Assembly: GCA_002408125.1 (NCBI GenBank) | Contig: DHQO01000022.1 | Coordinates: 25,582-89,581, forward strand | Origin: Hyphomonadaceae bacterium UBA5336 | Lineage (GTDB): Bacteria > Pseudomonadota > Alphaproteobacteria > Caulobacterales > Hyphomonadaceae | Reading direction: 5' to 3' | DNA length: 64,000 nucleotides | Shown: positions 1-7,958 of the stretch, in pieces | How the letters are laid out: the number at the start of each line of letters is the position of its first letter | Numbering within the stretch: position 1 is the first letter of the stretch | The notes under the pieces: generated by a model | Databases searched by the model: none | Seen by the model: the letters and a program-made list of their open reading frames with translations, nothing else | What the model was told of the DNA's origin: nothing | Position numbers and translations under genes: made by a program

Positions 1-44
1 ATGAATATGCAGGTTAGGGCAACCTTGTCCCAACAACACCGATT

Positions 45-536
45 TTGAGGCAAAAATTGTCCCAAAACCTCGATGCGATCGATGCCCGTATTTTGTCACT
101 GATTCAGGATGACGCCGCCCTCTCCGTGGCCGAAATCGCTGACCGTGTGGGCCTCTCTTCCTCCCCTTGCTGGCGCCGTATCAAGCGGATGGAGGAGACC
201 GGGATCATCACCCGGCGGGTCACCCTGCTCGACACCCAGAAGCTCGGTCTCGACTTCGAAGTTGTGGCGAATGTGAAGCTCTCCCTGCCCAGCAAGGAGA
301 ATCTCGATGCCTTCGAGCAGATGGTCCAGGCTTGGCCGGAAGTCATTGAATGCATGACGGTTACCGGCGCCATCGACTATATCGTCCATGTCCTGACCAC
401 CGACATGCATGCCTATGACCAGTTCCTGCGCGAGAAGCTGCTCGGCTCGGGCCTCGTCTCCGATGTCCAGTCTCGGATCATCATCCGCGTCGCCAAGCGC
501 ACCACGGCGGTCCCGCTCGACGGGCTGATCGATTAA
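45..536 (+). CDS. Lrp/AsnC family transcriptional regulator
   Basis: TTG-start ORF of 163 aa. N-terminal HTH (LDAIDARILSLIQDD..SVAEIADRVGLSSSPCWRRIKRMEETGII) plus C-terminal AsnC-type effector domain. Confidence 0.85.
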   Translation: MRQKLSQNLDAIDARILSLIQDDAALSVAEIADRVGLSSSPCWRRIKRMEETGIITRRVTLLDTQKLGLDFEVVANVKLSLPSKENLDAFEQMVQAWPEVIECMTVTGAIDYIVHVLTTDMHAYDQFLREKLLGSGLVSDVQSRIIIRVAKRTTAVPLDGLID

Positions 537-617
537 GGCCTTTCCCCTTCAGATCGCGCATGCCAATTCTCCGCACGCCCTGCCGGGCGGCGGTCATGCC
601 GTTGGCTTTGCCGCAAA

Positions 618-1211
618 TCACGGCGGCAGAGGACGGTTCAGCACCTCGCGCGCGGCGCCATCGCACTGCATCAGCACGTCCTGCTCGCGATCAAGAAGCG
701 TGTGCTGGCCGGCTCCCGGCGGCAGGCCGGGACGCAGGGGGCTGGTACGCGGGCTGCGTGTCCGGGCCAGCCAGAGTGCCATGCGCCGGACCGCCGGGGC
801 CGGATTGACCGCCAGCGCCGACAGCGCTGCCAGGCGGGCGGCAAGGCCGTCCGTGGCATGGAAGGCGTTCCCATCGGCAGGCTGTTCGGGTATGTCCTGC
901 CGCATCCCGAACCCGGGTTCGGACAGGGAGTCGAACAGGGCAAAGCCGGGCGGTCCGGCCGGCGATTGCAGGGCTTTCGCCACGGCGCCACCATTCGCCA
1001 GAACCGGGGCTCCCGCATTTACAGCCATGTCTCCTGCCAGGACTACCAGGAGGCGCCGGGTAGCGGCTTCCGCCCGGCGCAGTTCGGCAAAGACGCGAAA
1101 CCAGACCGGACCGGGCAGCCAGGCCCGCTCGGCCAGCACCGCGAGCCGCGCCAGTATGGCGGCGACAAGTTGCCAGCCAAGCGTGAGGGCAGATGAGGTG
1201 CGTGGGTCCAT
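618..1211 (-). CDS. hypothetical protein (Ala/Leu/Pro-rich, no recognisable domain)
   Basis: 197-aa ORF whose composition is more protein-like than the competing + strand ORFs 700..1728 and 702..1196. No motif recognised. Confidence 0.3.
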   Translation of the reverse strand: MDPRTSSALTLGWQLVAAILARLAVLAERAWLPGPVWFRVFAELRRAEAATRRLLVVLAGDMAVNAGAPVLANGGAVAKALQSPAGPPGFALFDSLSEPGFGMRQDIPEQPADGNAFHATDGLAARLAALSALAVNPAPAVRRMALWLARTRSPRTSPLRPGLPPGAGQHTLLDREQDVLMQCDGAAREVLNRPLPP

Positions 1212-1299
1212 GACCGGAAGCCTGGCATGGGCGGCAAGTCAGTCGGATTGGGGTAGGGGTTTGCGGGCAACAGGTGCCTGCGCCCGCGAGCGGCCTTTT

Positions 1300-1426
1300 C
1301 TTCCCCCGCCTGCGGGGGAAGTGGCCCGCAAATGCGGGTCGAAGGGGGAGCCAAGGCGACAGCCTGCCCAGACGCTGCCCCCTCCGAGCGGCTTCGCCGC
1401 CCTCCTCCCCTGTGAACGGGGAAGGA
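1300..1426. repeat. R4: GC-rich CCCC/GGGG palindromic hairpins
   Basis: CTTCCCCCGC-CT-GCGGGGGAAG (1300-1321, perfect 10-nt arms) and TCCTCCCC-TGTGAAC-GGGGAAGGA (1403-1426), in a 276-bp spacer. Confidence 0.6.
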
Positions 1427-1487
1427 TTGGTCGTTCTGGGGTGGCGGGAGAGTTGCGTTTCAGCGCCGTCAGGCGAGAAACCCCGCC

Positions 1488-2546
1488 TCAAACCGGTCGG
1501 ACGCTGCGCGCATGTGGGTCGGCCAGCGCGATGTCGCGGCGCCTCCCGCCCGGCCAGGTCACCAGGTCCACCTTGTGGGCCTTGTCCCCGCCCCCGAACA
1601 GCTTGCCATGCTCGAAGCGCAGCCAGGCGAGGCGATGCATCTCATCGGCCTTTGCGCCCGCCGCTTCGATCGCCGCGCGTGCCCGCGCATCCGAGGCTGC
1701 ATCGAAATATTGCCAGGCGATGGAGTGATAGATCACGGTCGTGCCCTCCGGGAGCGGACCTGAAAGCTCGCGCTCCAGCCAGTCGGCGGCATCGGCCTTA
1801 TCCACCTGAACGCCTTTTTCCAGGGCGATGGACATCGCCGCGGCCAGCCGTTCCAGCCGGTCGGTCTGGTCCGGCCAGATATAGGCCGTCAGGCGCAGGC
1901 GGTGCTCCGGATCGGTGATGTCGAGAGGCGCGCGGTCGCATCCGCGCCGGCTGGCCACCTCGAAGCGTTCCGGCAGCTCCGGTGGGGGCCCGGTCCACTC
2001 GGTGGTGATGACGGGGGCGCCAGCTGTGCCCGCGCGCGACCAGCTTCCGCCATCATAGCCGAAACTGTCCCAGTGCAGGTTAAGCCCCGCGCTGGCACCG
2101 ATCTCGCGCAGGTGCAGCGGGCCTTCAAGTGCGGCAAAGCCCGGCAGCAGGGCAATGGAGCGGCGTGTCTCGTTCGTCTGCGGCGGATTGAGAATGAACT
2201 GCGCGACCCAGTCCTGATGCGCTTCCAGCGCGGCCAAGGCCGCCGGCAGCACCTCCTCTATGTCCCAGTCCGGCCGCCCGGCCGGATAGAGCCCGGCCAG
2301 CACGGAAGACTTGCCCGTCAGCGTCATGGCATGCAGCGCGCCGGCAATCCGCAGGGGTCCGGCATCAGCGGCCTCGGGCGAAAGCGGGGTTTCACCGCCG
2401 AGAAGCAGGTGATCGAGGATCCCGCCCTGGCCGATATGCCGGGCGAGGCCTCTCAGCAGCGCAGCGTTGAAGGGCGAGCCGAGCAACTCGCACCATTCAG
2501 CCTGTTTCTCGAAATGCGCCGCGTGGGCGGATAGCTGGCCATCCAT
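1488..2546 (-). CDS. DUF2332 domain-containing protein
   Basis: 352 aa. N-terminus (HFEKQAEWCELLGSPFNAALLRGLA) and overall layout match my recollection of DUF2332 proteins. Starts 12 nt after the cysH stop. Confidence 0.7.
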   Translation of the reverse strand: MDGQLSAHAAHFEKQAEWCELLGSPFNAALLRGLARHIGQGGILDHLLLGGETPLSPEAADAGPLRIAGALHAMTLTGKSSVLAGLYPAGRPDWDIEEVLPAALAALEAHQDWVAQFILNPPQTNETRRSIALLPGFAALEGPLHLREIGASAGLNLHWDSFGYDGGSWSRAGTAGAPVITTEWTGPPPELPERFEVASRRGCDRAPLDITDPEHRLRLTAYIWPDQTDRLERLAAAMSIALEKGVQVDKADAADWLERELSGPLPEGTTVIYHSIAWQYFDAASDARARAAIEAAGAKADEMHRLAWLRFEHGKLFGGGDKAHKVDLVTWPGGRRRDIALADPHARSVRPV

Positions 2547-2558
2547 CCCGGCGATCTA

Positions 2559-3302
2559 TCAGAAAACCCGCGGGCGGTCTTCCTTCTCGATGTGCAGTCC
2601 GCACTCGGTCTTGTCCATGCCGGCCCAGCGTCCGGACCGGATATCGGCCGGGTCCTCGGCGGGCCGGGTGCAGGGCCAGCAGCCGATGGACGGAAAGCCC
2701 TGGGCGACCAGCGGATGGCGCGGCAGGTTCCGGTGGTGGAAGAAGAGGTCGACATCCTCCTGGGTCCAGCTCGCCAGCGGGTTCACCTTGAAGCGTCCGC
2801 CCGCATATTCGAACACGGGCAGCGACATGCGCGCGCCGCCATGGAAGCGCTTGCGGCCGGTGATCCAGGCCTCAAAGCCCTTCAGGGCCGGCTCCAGCGG
2901 GCGCACCTTGCGCAGGGCGCAGCAGGCATCGGCGTCCTGGCGGTGCAGGCCGCCATCGGGGTCCTCGGCAACGGCTTCGTCGGGGTCCGGGGTGATATTG
3001 CGCACGCCGGTCAGGCCGAGGCGCTCGATCAGCCGGTCGCGATAGTCCAGCGTCTGGGGAAAGTGCATGCCGGTTTCGAGGAAAATGATCGGCAGGTCCG
3101 GCTTTACGTCCGCGATCAGCGACAGCATCACCGCGCTTTCAGCGCCGAAGCTCGACACATAGGTCAGGTCCTGTGGCCATTCGCGCAGCATGGCGACGCG
3201 CAGGATGGTCTGGGCCGAAGCCTCGCGAAGCTCGCCATTCAGGCGCGCAAGGCGGGCTTCGACCGTTTCCTGATCGCGCGTGATCGTATCCGCATAGGGC
3301 AT
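2559..3302 (-). CDS. cysH: adenylyl-/phosphoadenylyl-sulfate reductase, thioredoxin-dependent
   Basis: 247 aa with a PAPS_reduct fold and the C-terminal ECGLH motif. CC (DADACCALRK) plus SIGCWPCT cysteines suggest the Fe-S, APS-reductase type. Confidence 0.9.
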   Translation of the reverse strand: MPYADTITRDQETVEARLARLNGELREASAQTILRVAMLREWPQDLTYVSSFGAESAVMLSLIADVKPDLPIIFLETGMHFPQTLDYRDRLIERLGLTGVRNITPDPDEAVAEDPDGGLHRQDADACCALRKVRPLEPALKGFEAWITGRKRFHGGARMSLPVFEYAGGRFKVNPLASWTQEDVDLFFHHRNLPRHPLVAQGFPSIGCWPCTRPAEDPADIRSGRWAGMDKTECGLHIEKEDRPRVF

Positions 3303-3305
3303 GCT

Positions 3306-3806
3306 TCAGCCTTCCTGAGAGCCAACATGCCGGGCAGCGAACACGGAGCGCGCGCCGTCGGCAGCCGGTTGATAGAACGAGGAAAACTCGCTCATTGCTT
3401 CCAGGACTGAAGGTAGGTCGGCGCGGGCGGTCTCGAAAGCATCGAACCCTGAACGGTTCATATAGAGAATCTGATCCCGGAGCACATGGCCGACCGCTCG
3501 CAGCTCGCCGGAATAGCCCAGACGGCGGCGCAAAAGCTGGGCCTGGGAGTATCCGCGCCCATCGGTATATTTAGGGAAACTGATCTCGATCAGGCCGAGA
3601 CGGTCCAGATGCTCGGCGAGCAGGTGCGGGTCGTCCTCCGGCATCAGGCGCACGCCAACCGCCGTGTTGCGCGCGAGCAGAAGATCGGCCTGGCTGAGCA
3701 GGCGCGTTAGCGTGACCACCACACAGCCATCGGGCGAAAGCTCGGCCTCGTCGGGCACGAAGCTCCAGACATTCTCGATCTCGGCACCGTTCTTAATCAG
3801 CGGCAT
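3306..3806 (-). CDS. DUF934 domain-containing protein
   Basis: Start taken at MPLIKNG (ATG 3806, AAGGAGG RBS upstream). Carries the FPKYTDGRGYSQA motif typical of DUF934. Overlaps the cysI stop by 14 nt. Confidence 0.8.
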   Translation of the reverse strand: MPLIKNGAEIENVWSFVPDEAELSPDGCVVVTLTRLLSQADLLLARNTAVGVRLMPEDDPHLLAEHLDRLGLIEISFPKYTDGRGYSQAQLLRRRLGYSGELRAVGHVLRDQILYMNRSGFDAFETARADLPSVLEAMSEFSSFYQPAADGARSVFAARHVGSQEG

Positions 3807-5451
3807 AAAGCGCCTCCTTGAAGGGCTCGGTGCCGAGGCGCTCGACAACATCGATGAAGCGTTCGGCCTTTTCCGTGCGCAGGGCGCGATAGCGTTCGAC
3901 CACGCGTTTCAGGGCGGGCGGCACATCCTCCGCGCGCAGGCCAGGCCCGGCGATCTGGCCGATACTGGCCTTCTCATCTGCGCGGCCGCCAAAGGTGATC
4001 TGGTAGAATTCCTCGCCTTTCCGGTCGACGCCGAGAATGCCGATATGGCCGACATGATGGTGTCCGCAGGCATTGATGCAGCCGGAAATATTGATGTGGA
4101 GCTGGCCGATATCGGCCTGATCCTCCAGGCTGGCGAATTCGCGCGCAATCGCCTGGCCGACCGGGATGGAGCGGGCATTGGCGAGGTTGCAATAATCCAG
4201 GCCCGGGCAGACGATCATGTCGCTGATCAGGCTCTCATTGGCTGTCGCAAGGCCGGCGGCATCGAGCTCGCGATAGACCTCGTACATGTCGTCCAGCGCC
4301 ACATGCGGCAGGATCAGGTTCTGGGCGTGGGAAACGCGGATATCCTCATGGCCATAGGCCTCGGCGAGATGGGCGACGACCATCATCTGTCGGTCGGTGG
4401 CATCGCCTGCAATCCCGCCGACCGGCTTGTGGCTCACCGTGACGGAGGCATAGCCGGCCTGTTTGTGGGGGTGCAGGTTCGCATCGGCCCAGAGTGCGAA
4501 ACCCGGATCGGCGGCTTTCGCGCGCTCGAAGGCAGCACTTGTCGCGGGTTTGCCGGCCAGCTCAGGCGGCGCGAAATAAGCGTGGATACGCTCGATCTCG
4601 GCCTGGGGCAGGGCGATCTTCTCGGCCTCGCGCTGGGCTTCGAACTCGGCCTCCACCAGGTCGCGGAAGGCTTCCTCGCCGGTTTCCGAGACAAGGATCT
4701 TGATCCGCGCCTTGTACTTGTTATCGCGTCGGCCGAAGCGGTTATAGACCCGCATGATGGCTTCCAGATAATCGAGCAGTTCGCCCTCGGGCACGAAATC
4801 GGCGACCTTTGCGGCGATATGGGGCGTGCGCCCCTGGCCGCCGCCGACATGCACCTCGAAACCGACCTGCCCGCCGCGCTCGCGCATATGCAGGCCGATA
4901 TCATGCACGCGGATCGCCGCGCGGTCATGGCCGGCCGCGGTGACGGCGATCTTGAACTTGCGCGGCAGGAAGGCAAATTCCGGGTGGAATGTGCTCCACT
5001 GGCGGATGATCTCGCACCAGGGGCGCGGGTCCATCACCTCGTCGGCTGCGGCGCCGGCAAAATGGTCGGTGGTGGTGTTGCGGATGCAGTTGCCCGAGGT
5101 CTGGATGGCGTGCATCTCGACATCGGCGAGCAGGTCCAGCACGTCGGGAATGTCTTTCAGCGCGACCCAATTGAACTGGATGTTCTGGCGCGTCGTCCAG
5201 TGGCCATAGCCCTTGTCATAGTCGCGCGCGATGCGGGCGAGCTGGCGCAGCTGGCGCGGATTGAGCTGGCCATAGGGAATGGCCACGCGCAGCATGTATG
5301 CGTGCAGCTGGAGATAGACCCCGTTCTGCAGGCGCAGCGGCTTGAACTCGTCTTCCAGAAGCTCGCCGGCAAGCCGGCGCTCCACCTGGCCACGGAACTG
5401 GTTCACACGATCGCGCACGATCTGCGCGTCGAATTCGTCATATCTGTACAT
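3793..5451 (-). CDS. cysI: assimilatory nitrite/sulfite reductase hemoprotein (ferredoxin-type, no CysJ partner seen)
   Basis: 552 aa from MYRYDEFDAQ. Duplicated NIR_SIR domains and the siroheme/4Fe-4S cysteine motifs (SGNCIRN.., CPGLDYCNLANA, SGCINACGHHH). The longer ORF start at 5487 falls inside repeat R1. Confidence 0.9.
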   Translation of the reverse strand: MYRYDEFDAQIVRDRVNQFRGQVERRLAGELLEDEFKPLRLQNGVYLQLHAYMLRVAIPYGQLNPRQLRQLARIARDYDKGYGHWTTRQNIQFNWVALKDIPDVLDLLADVEMHAIQTSGNCIRNTTTDHFAGAAADEVMDPRPWCEIIRQWSTFHPEFAFLPRKFKIAVTAAGHDRAAIRVHDIGLHMRERGGQVGFEVHVGGGQGRTPHIAAKVADFVPEGELLDYLEAIMRVYNRFGRRDNKYKARIKILVSETGEEAFRDLVEAEFEAQREAEKIALPQAEIERIHAYFAPPELAGKPATSAAFERAKAADPGFALWADANLHPHKQAGYASVTVSHKPVGGIAGDATDRQMMVVAHLAEAYGHEDIRVSHAQNLILPHVALDDMYEVYRELDAAGLATANESLISDMIVCPGLDYCNLANARSIPVGQAIAREFASLEDQADIGQLHINISGCINACGHHHVGHIGILGVDRKGEEFYQITFGGRADEKASIGQIAGPGLRAEDVPPALKRVVERYRALRTEKAERFIDVVERLGTEPFKEALYAAD

Positions 5452-5455
5452 TCTA

Positions 5456-5505
5456 GTTTGTCTCCGTATCCGCGCTTTGCGCGTCACATGAGAGGGGCTC
5501 GGGGC
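5456..5505 (-). repeat. R1 two-stem hairpin repeat (outer stem CTCTC/GAGAC subtype)
   Basis: Minus strand reads GCCCCGAGCCC|CTCTC|ATGTGA|CGCGC-AAA-GCGCG|GATACG|GAGAC|AAAC. Fills the 57-bp GST-cysI spacer. Confidence 0.8.
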
Positions 5506-5508
5506 TGC

Positions 5509-6150
5509 TCATAGAGCTGCTCCCTCGGCGGGATTGGCGTGGGGCAGGCCGAGGGCGCTTTCGGTGCGGCTCACCCAGCGCTCGACCGAGGGAAAGTCCG
5601 ACAGGTCAAACCCGCCCTCATGAGCAAGCCGGGTGTAGGCGACCAGCGCCACATCGGCGAGGGTCATCTGGTTGCTGACCAGCCAGTCGGTATAGGTCAG
5701 CTGCATTTCCATGATGCCGAGGGCGCGGCGGCCCTTCGTCATGAGGGCCGGATCAAGTTCGGTCTCGGTCATGCCGCGGAACATCAGGTTCGACCGGCGC
5801 ACGGCGATATAGGGCTCGTGGGAATACTGTTCCCAGAACAGCCAGCTCATCATCTGGGCATATTTGAACGGGTGCTGGGGCACCAGTTCGCTGCCTTCTT
5901 CCTCGGCCAGATAGAGCATGATGGCGTTGGACTGGGGCAGGACGCGGCCATCGGGCCAGCGCGCCAGCGGCACCTGGCCGGCCGGGTTCAACTCCAGGAA
6001 TTCCTCGGTGGCGGTTTCGCCGGCGAAGATATCCACTTCCACCCAGTCATAGTCGATGCCCAGGGTATCGGCGACCCAGCGCGGCTTGAGGCAGTTCCCG
6101 CTCCTGGTGTTTCCGTAGAGCGTCAGCCTGGACACGTCACGCTTGGGCAT
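5509..6150 (-). CDS. glutathione S-transferase family protein
   Basis: 213 aa. N-terminal thioredoxin-like GST domain (LYGNTRSGNCLKPRWV.. NPAGQVPL.. QSNAIMLYL) plus a helical C-domain. The start overlaps the DUF2849 stop by 1 nt (TGATG). Confidence 0.85.
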   Translation of the reverse strand: MPKRDVSRLTLYGNTRSGNCLKPRWVADTLGIDYDWVEVDIFAGETATEEFLELNPAGQVPLARWPDGRVLPQSNAIMLYLAEEEGSELVPQHPFKYAQMMSWLFWEQYSHEPYIAVRRSNLMFRGMTETELDPALMTKGRRALGIMEMQLTYTDWLVSNQMTLADVALVAYTRLAHEGGFDLSDFPSVERWVSRTESALGLPHANPAEGAAL

Positions 6151-6467
6151 CAGGAGGTCTCCGCGCGGGCAAATTCGGGATGTGTGGTCGGTCCGACCGC
6201 ACGGATGGTTTCGCGCAGGGTCTCGCGCCCGGCAATGGCCCCGTCCTCAGAGACTTCCATGAAATAGGGATCGGTGACGATTCCCTCCTGGGCAGCGGCC
6301 TTTTCCAGCGCATCCTCGCCCGCCTCGCCGGTGAAGACACCGAGTTTGGCTGGGTCGGAGGTCCAGCCATGATCGGCGGTCATATAAACGACGCGGCCTG
6401 TGGCGGTGTCCCAGGCGGTGATGGTTTTCGGGGTGTCGGGCTTCAGCTTGGGGCGAACCGAGGTCAT
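6150..6467 (-). CDS. DUF2849 domain-containing protein
   Basis: 105-aa small protein in the position usual for DUF2849, directly downstream of cysG. ATGA overlap with the cysG stop. Confidence 0.75.
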   Translation of the reverse strand: MTSVRPKLKPDTPKTITAWDTATGRVVYMTADHGWTSDPAKLGVFTGEAGEDALEKAAAQEGIVTDPYFMEVSEDGAIAGRETLRETIRAVGPTTHPEFARAETS

Positions 6468-7876
6468 GCCACCTCCTCCAGGAGTTTCTCGATACGCGCT
6501 TCCAGCGGCAAGCCAGCCACTTCGCCGATCACCAGAAGGGCCGGGCCGGTGATGCCGGCGCGGGTGATCAGGCCGGGCAGTTCGGCGAGCGTGCCATAGA
6601 CGCGGATTTCATTCTCGCGCGTGCCGTTCTCAATGACGGCGACCGGCGTCGCGCCCGCGCGGCCGGCGGCGATCAGGCGCTCGGACATGGCCGGGGCCGT
6701 GCCGACGCCCATGAAGACGACCAGGGTCTGGCCAGGGCGCGAAAGCGCGGCCCAGTCTAGATCGGGCACACCGCCGGCCCTGGCATGGCCGGTGACAAAG
6801 GTCAGCGCCTGGGCATGGTCGCGATGGGTCAGCGGCAGGCCAGCGGAGGCTGCGCAGCCGAGCGCAGAGGAAATGCCGGGCACGACATGGGCGTCAATGC
6901 CGGCGGCCTGAAGCGCTTCAAGCTCTTCTCCGCCGCGCCCGAAAATGAACGGGTCGCCGCCCTTCAGGCGCACAACGCGCTGTCCGGCGCGGGCAGCACG
7001 GATCAAAAGGTCGTGAATTTCGTCCTGCGGAACGGAGTGATGTCCCTTTGTCTTGCCGACGGAAACGCGCGCTGCATCGCGGCGGATGAGATCGAGAATC
7101 TCATCGCTCACCAGCCGGTCGTGGAAGACGATATCGGCTTCCTGGATGAGGCGCAGGGCCTTCAGCGTGAGCAGTTCTGCATCGCCCGGGCCGGCGCCGA
7201 CTATATGCACCGCGCCCTTACCGGTGTCGCCCTTCGACAACATGTCCCGCATGGCCTGCTCGGCGCCTTCAAGGTCGCCGGCATAGGCACGTTCGGCCGC
7301 TGGACCGGTCAGTGCGCGCTCCCAGAAACGGCGACGCGCGCCGCCCTCTTTCAGCCGTTCGGCGACAGCCGGGCGCAAGCGCCGGGCGAGGCTTGCAAGA
7401 TCGCCGACACGCGCTGGCAGGAGGGCTTCGAGCTTCGCGCGGATGGATTTTGCCAGTACCGGCGCGGCTCCGCCGGTGGCGATCGCGGCGACCACCTCGC
7501 CGCGGTCCAGGATCGACGGCACGGTGAAATCGCACAGCTCCGGCCGGTCGACGACATTCACCGGCACACCCATTTCGCGGGCGAGCGCGGCAGCCTCGCG
7601 GGCGGCCGCATCATCCTCCAGGGCAACAATGGCAAAGGCCGCGCCGGACAGGGCGCCGGCTGCCTCGTCCGGCGCGCGGCGCACGAGACGTACGCCAAAC
7701 TCAGCCTGCATGGCCGGGGAGATTGTCTCGGCCACCAGGCGGATCTCTGCAGGGGTCTTTGCCAGGAGCCGGACTTTCCGCACGGCCTCGACGCCGGTGC
7801 CGAAGATCACCACATGGGCACCTTCCAGTCGGAAAAAGGCGGGGAACAAATTCATGTGAAGGGACTCCGGGGGCAT
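6464..7876 (-). CDS. cysG: siroheme synthase (precorrin-2 dehydrogenase/ferrochelatase + uroporphyrinogen-III C-methyltransferase)
   Basis: 470 aa. N-terminal Rossmann (VVIFGTGVEAVRK) and a C-terminal TP_methylase domain (VHIVGAGPGDAELLTLKA.. GGDPFIFGRGGEE). Confidence 0.9.
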   Translation of the reverse strand: MPPESLHMNLFPAFFRLEGAHVVIFGTGVEAVRKVRLLAKTPAEIRLVAETISPAMQAEFGVRLVRRAPDEAAGALSGAAFAIVALEDDAAAREAAALAREMGVPVNVVDRPELCDFTVPSILDRGEVVAAIATGGAAPVLAKSIRAKLEALLPARVGDLASLARRLRPAVAERLKEGGARRRFWERALTGPAAERAYAGDLEGAEQAMRDMLSKGDTGKGAVHIVGAGPGDAELLTLKALRLIQEADIVFHDRLVSDEILDLIRRDAARVSVGKTKGHHSVPQDEIHDLLIRAARAGQRVVRLKGGDPFIFGRGGEELEALQAAGIDAHVVPGISSALGCAASAGLPLTHRDHAQALTFVTGHARAGGVPDLDWAALSRPGQTLVVFMGVGTAPAMSERLIAAGRAGATPVAVIENGTRENEIRVYGTLAELPGLITRAGITGPALLVIGEVAGLPLEARIEKLLEEVA

Positions 7877-7958
7877 TCTTACCTCTCGAAAATTGGTTCT
7901 TGACGCACTCGCAGCAACCGGCGACCCCTACAGAGAAGAATCAGAAAAACTATCGAAC

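Noticed and set aside
700-1728. A 342-aa + strand ORF spanning the 618-1487 region, along with overlapping ORFs 691..1491(-), 1274..1918(+) and 702..1196(+).
   Set aside because: Their composition is Arg/Ala/Ser/Pro-rich. They run through the R4 palindromes and into the antisense of the DUF2332 gene, and no motifs are present.
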